This document shows positions 62,890 through 64,000 of a stretch of 64,000 bases of DNA, in pieces. The stretch's first letter is position 1. Every line of letters starts with the position of its first letter. Location: NCBI GenBank assembly GCA_951804945.1, contig OX638160.1, positions 41,354,001 through 41,418,000 on the forward strand, written 5' to 3'. Under the pieces are notes generated by a model, which did no database searches, had not been told where the DNA came from, and saw only the letters and a program-made list of their open reading frames with translations. The DNA comes from Podarcis cretensis (lineage: Eukaryota). A program made the translations under genes and the position numbers.

Positions 62890-63035
62890 ACTGTGGTGCA
62901 ATGGGTTAGTGCATCTCACTGTCAACTAGAAGGTTGGTGGTTCAAGCCCACCCAGGGATGGCTGTAGACAGGATACCTGCATTGCAGGGGCTGGACTACA
63001 CTACCCTTCCAATGATAAAATTCTATGATTCTATG
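62890..63035 (+). mobile_element. tRNA-derived SINE with CR1-type tail, degenerate
   Basis: tggtgcaatgggttag...ggttcaagccc head; cctgcattgcagggg...cccttcc...ttctatgattctatg tail. Confidence 0.7.
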
Positions 63036-64000
63036 AGCTATTGCGGAAAGACGCTGAATCTCTAAAACATTAGCTGAGCATTCCACAGGACTGAGCCAAT
63101 GACACTAAAAGCTCAGCTTCTTGTTGCTGTCAGATGAGCCTCACCAGCTTGAGGGACGACTAGTAAAGCTCCTGCAGGTGACATTAGTGATCAAGCCAGG
63201 ATATAAAGGTATAGGCAGTCCCTAAGGTACCTCAGACCTAAGTTGTTCAGTACATTGTAAATACAAGGACCTTGAACCTGGCTTGCTAGTAGATGGGCAG
63301 ATTTAATGGATTAGTGGCATCATGTGATTTTTAAGAATAATGACCATGGAACGGCTAGGACAAAATGCTAAAACACAGTTTAGCATTGTGAGAACAAGCC
63401 TAGTCCCATCTCCTCCTCTAGTGGACTCATAAGGATATAAGAAACTTCTGCATCTATTTTTTTATTATTATTAACCACTGTTTAGCATTGTATTTGAAAC
63501 CTAACCTGTGGCTGATCATGGTATGAAGTTGGCTTGTTTCAACTAACCAGTGTTTGTCTGGATTTGGAGAAGACGCTAAACTGTACTTAATTAAAAACAG
63601 AAGTAAAGCTTCCAATTTCCTCTTAGCAGCTGTGCTTGAGAAGGAGAGGGAACAGGATGTGTGAGCCCGAGGCTCTTTCAAGTAACACCAAATCATAATT
63701 TAGCATTGTGTCAACATGAGGCCAGTTCCATCCAATTGCAATTGGATAATACTACAAGATTTGAGAGAGCGGGAAGCTAAAAGTGAAGCAGAGCAGGGCT
63801 CATTGTGCTGCCTTAGCTGTGTATTAGTGTATTAGCTACTAAAGCACAAAGTACTGTTCACTCCATAGGAGCTGAAGTTGCTACATAGTTCTGACACACA
63901 GAACTAGCTGTCCCTCTGCATTTAAATCCTTTTTGGTCATCTGCAAAAAGAAATTATTCAAATGCATCACATTATTTGCATGCACCCAATTTGCCAGCTA

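Noticed and set aside
1-64000. Additional ZNF385 exons
   Set aside because: No other zinc-finger or ZNF385-like peptide appears in the ORF track or by eye. Short exons could be missed without a spliced alignment.

Overview
Vertebrate, AT-rich, repeat-dense intronic DNA. The SINE and MITE repertoire points to a squamate, most likely a lacertid lizard (inferred from family recognition, not a database search). The only supportable host-gene coding sequence is one 279-bp minus-strand exon (50114-50392) encoding a matrin/U1-type C2H2 zinc finger of the ZNF385 family (ZNF385D most likely), so the window is probably intron of that gene. The rest is a layered transposon landscape. It includes a full-length, ORF-intact BovB/RTE LINE with a 9-bp TSD, nested in an older hAT MITE; six Sauria SINEs; other tRNA-SINEs; L2, CR1, L1 and RTE fragments; at least eight Tigger-type MITEs; Tc1-, Tc2- and hAT-type MITEs with readable TSDs; and two clear solo LTRs with 5-bp TSDs. 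The most unusual object is the 825-bp solo LTR at 56010-56834. It is almost filled by an uninterrupted 219-codon ORF (acidic N-terminus, internal repeats, basic tail) and lies in sense orientation 5.6 kb upstream of the ATG-bearing ZNF385 exon. No prokaryote-type systems or CRISPR arrays are present.
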